This document shows positions 63,619-64,000 of a stretch of 64,000 nt of DNA, piece after piece (position 1 is the first letter of the stretch; every line of letters begins with the position of its first letter). The translations under genes and the position numbers were made by a program. The notes under the pieces are model-generated. The model saw nothing but the letters and a program-made list of their open reading frames with translations. It had not been told where the DNA came from and made no database searches. Source of the stretch: Octopus bimaculoides (Eukaryota); contig NC_068981.1 in the NCBI RefSeq assembly GCF_001194135.2, forward strand, positions 154,253,735 to 154,317,734, given 5' to 3'.

Positions 63619-64000
63619 CAGGCAATCACAGAGGAGTTCAAGACAGGTTGCCCCTGGGAGCTCCTCTATGCTGATGACCTTGCCCTAATTGCGGAGTCAC
63701 TATCAGAACTAGAGGAGAAGTTTCAGGTGTGGAAGCAAGGTCTAGAATTGAAGGGCCTTAGAGTCAACCTAGCTAAAACCAAAATCCTAATAAGTAGGAA
63801 GGTAGATAAAACACAAACCCCTTCAGGTAGATGGCCCTGCTCAGTATGTAGAAAAGGAGTAGGTAGTAACTCTATAAGATGTACCCGGTGCAAGCTATGG
63901 ACACATAAGAGGTGCAGCAACATCAAAGGCAGGTTAACTAGCAAGTTAGTTTTTGTTTGTGGCAGATGTTCAGGTGCAATAAAGACTGCAAACAAACAGG
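63619..64000 (+). mobile_element. 5'-truncated young RTE-clade LINE: RT C-terminal part followed by a PHD-type finger (runs off the window)
   Basis: Open frame QAITEEFKTGCPWELLYADDLALIAES...NLAKTK...CSVC-x10-CTRC-x4-H-x2-C-x14-CGRC. YADD at 63667-63678. Confidence 0.9.

Noticed and set aside
34314-64000. Next coding exon of the supervillin-like gene
   Set aside because: Several AG/GT pairs were examined (e.g. about 35857, 59292, 62298), but none gave a convincing phase-2 exon with recognisable sequence.

Overview
AT-rich, microsatellite- and retroposon-dense metazoan genomic DNA from a draft assembly with six N gaps. The repeat repertoire (tRNA-headed SINEs with (ATG)n/(TA)n/(CA)n tails, RTE LINEs, Penelope-like remnants) suggests an Octopus/coleoid cephalopod genome; this is an inference. 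Most of the window is intronic sequence of one + strand gene that I read as supervillin-like. It has a probable start-codon exon (26931-27149, ATG 26992) that splices in phase to a 2,430-nt symmetric exon (31884-34313). That exon encodes a Ser/Lys/Glu-rich, disorder-like region carrying ESRAERIARYKQIRRNELA, which resembles the supervillin N-terminal motif ESKAERIARYKAERRRQLA. No further coding exon could be identified. The introns hold a full-length but decayed mariner, several MITEs with verifiable TIRs and/or TSDs, LINE fragments, many SINEs and a decayed tRNA-Glu. The most interesting signals are: a minimal type-I hammerhead ribozyme motif typical of Penelope-like elements (15027-15080, minus strand); several long hairpin or inverted-repeat structures that would form dsRNA in the pre-mRNA; a (CCCTAA)n-(TTAGGG)n palindrome inside a Merlin-like MITE; a PHD-type zinc finger directly after the RT domain of an RTE LINE; and two CpG-retaining islands that look like alternative promoters. 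There is no prokaryotic, CRISPR or rRNA content. I found no strong evidence for a wholly new biological system.
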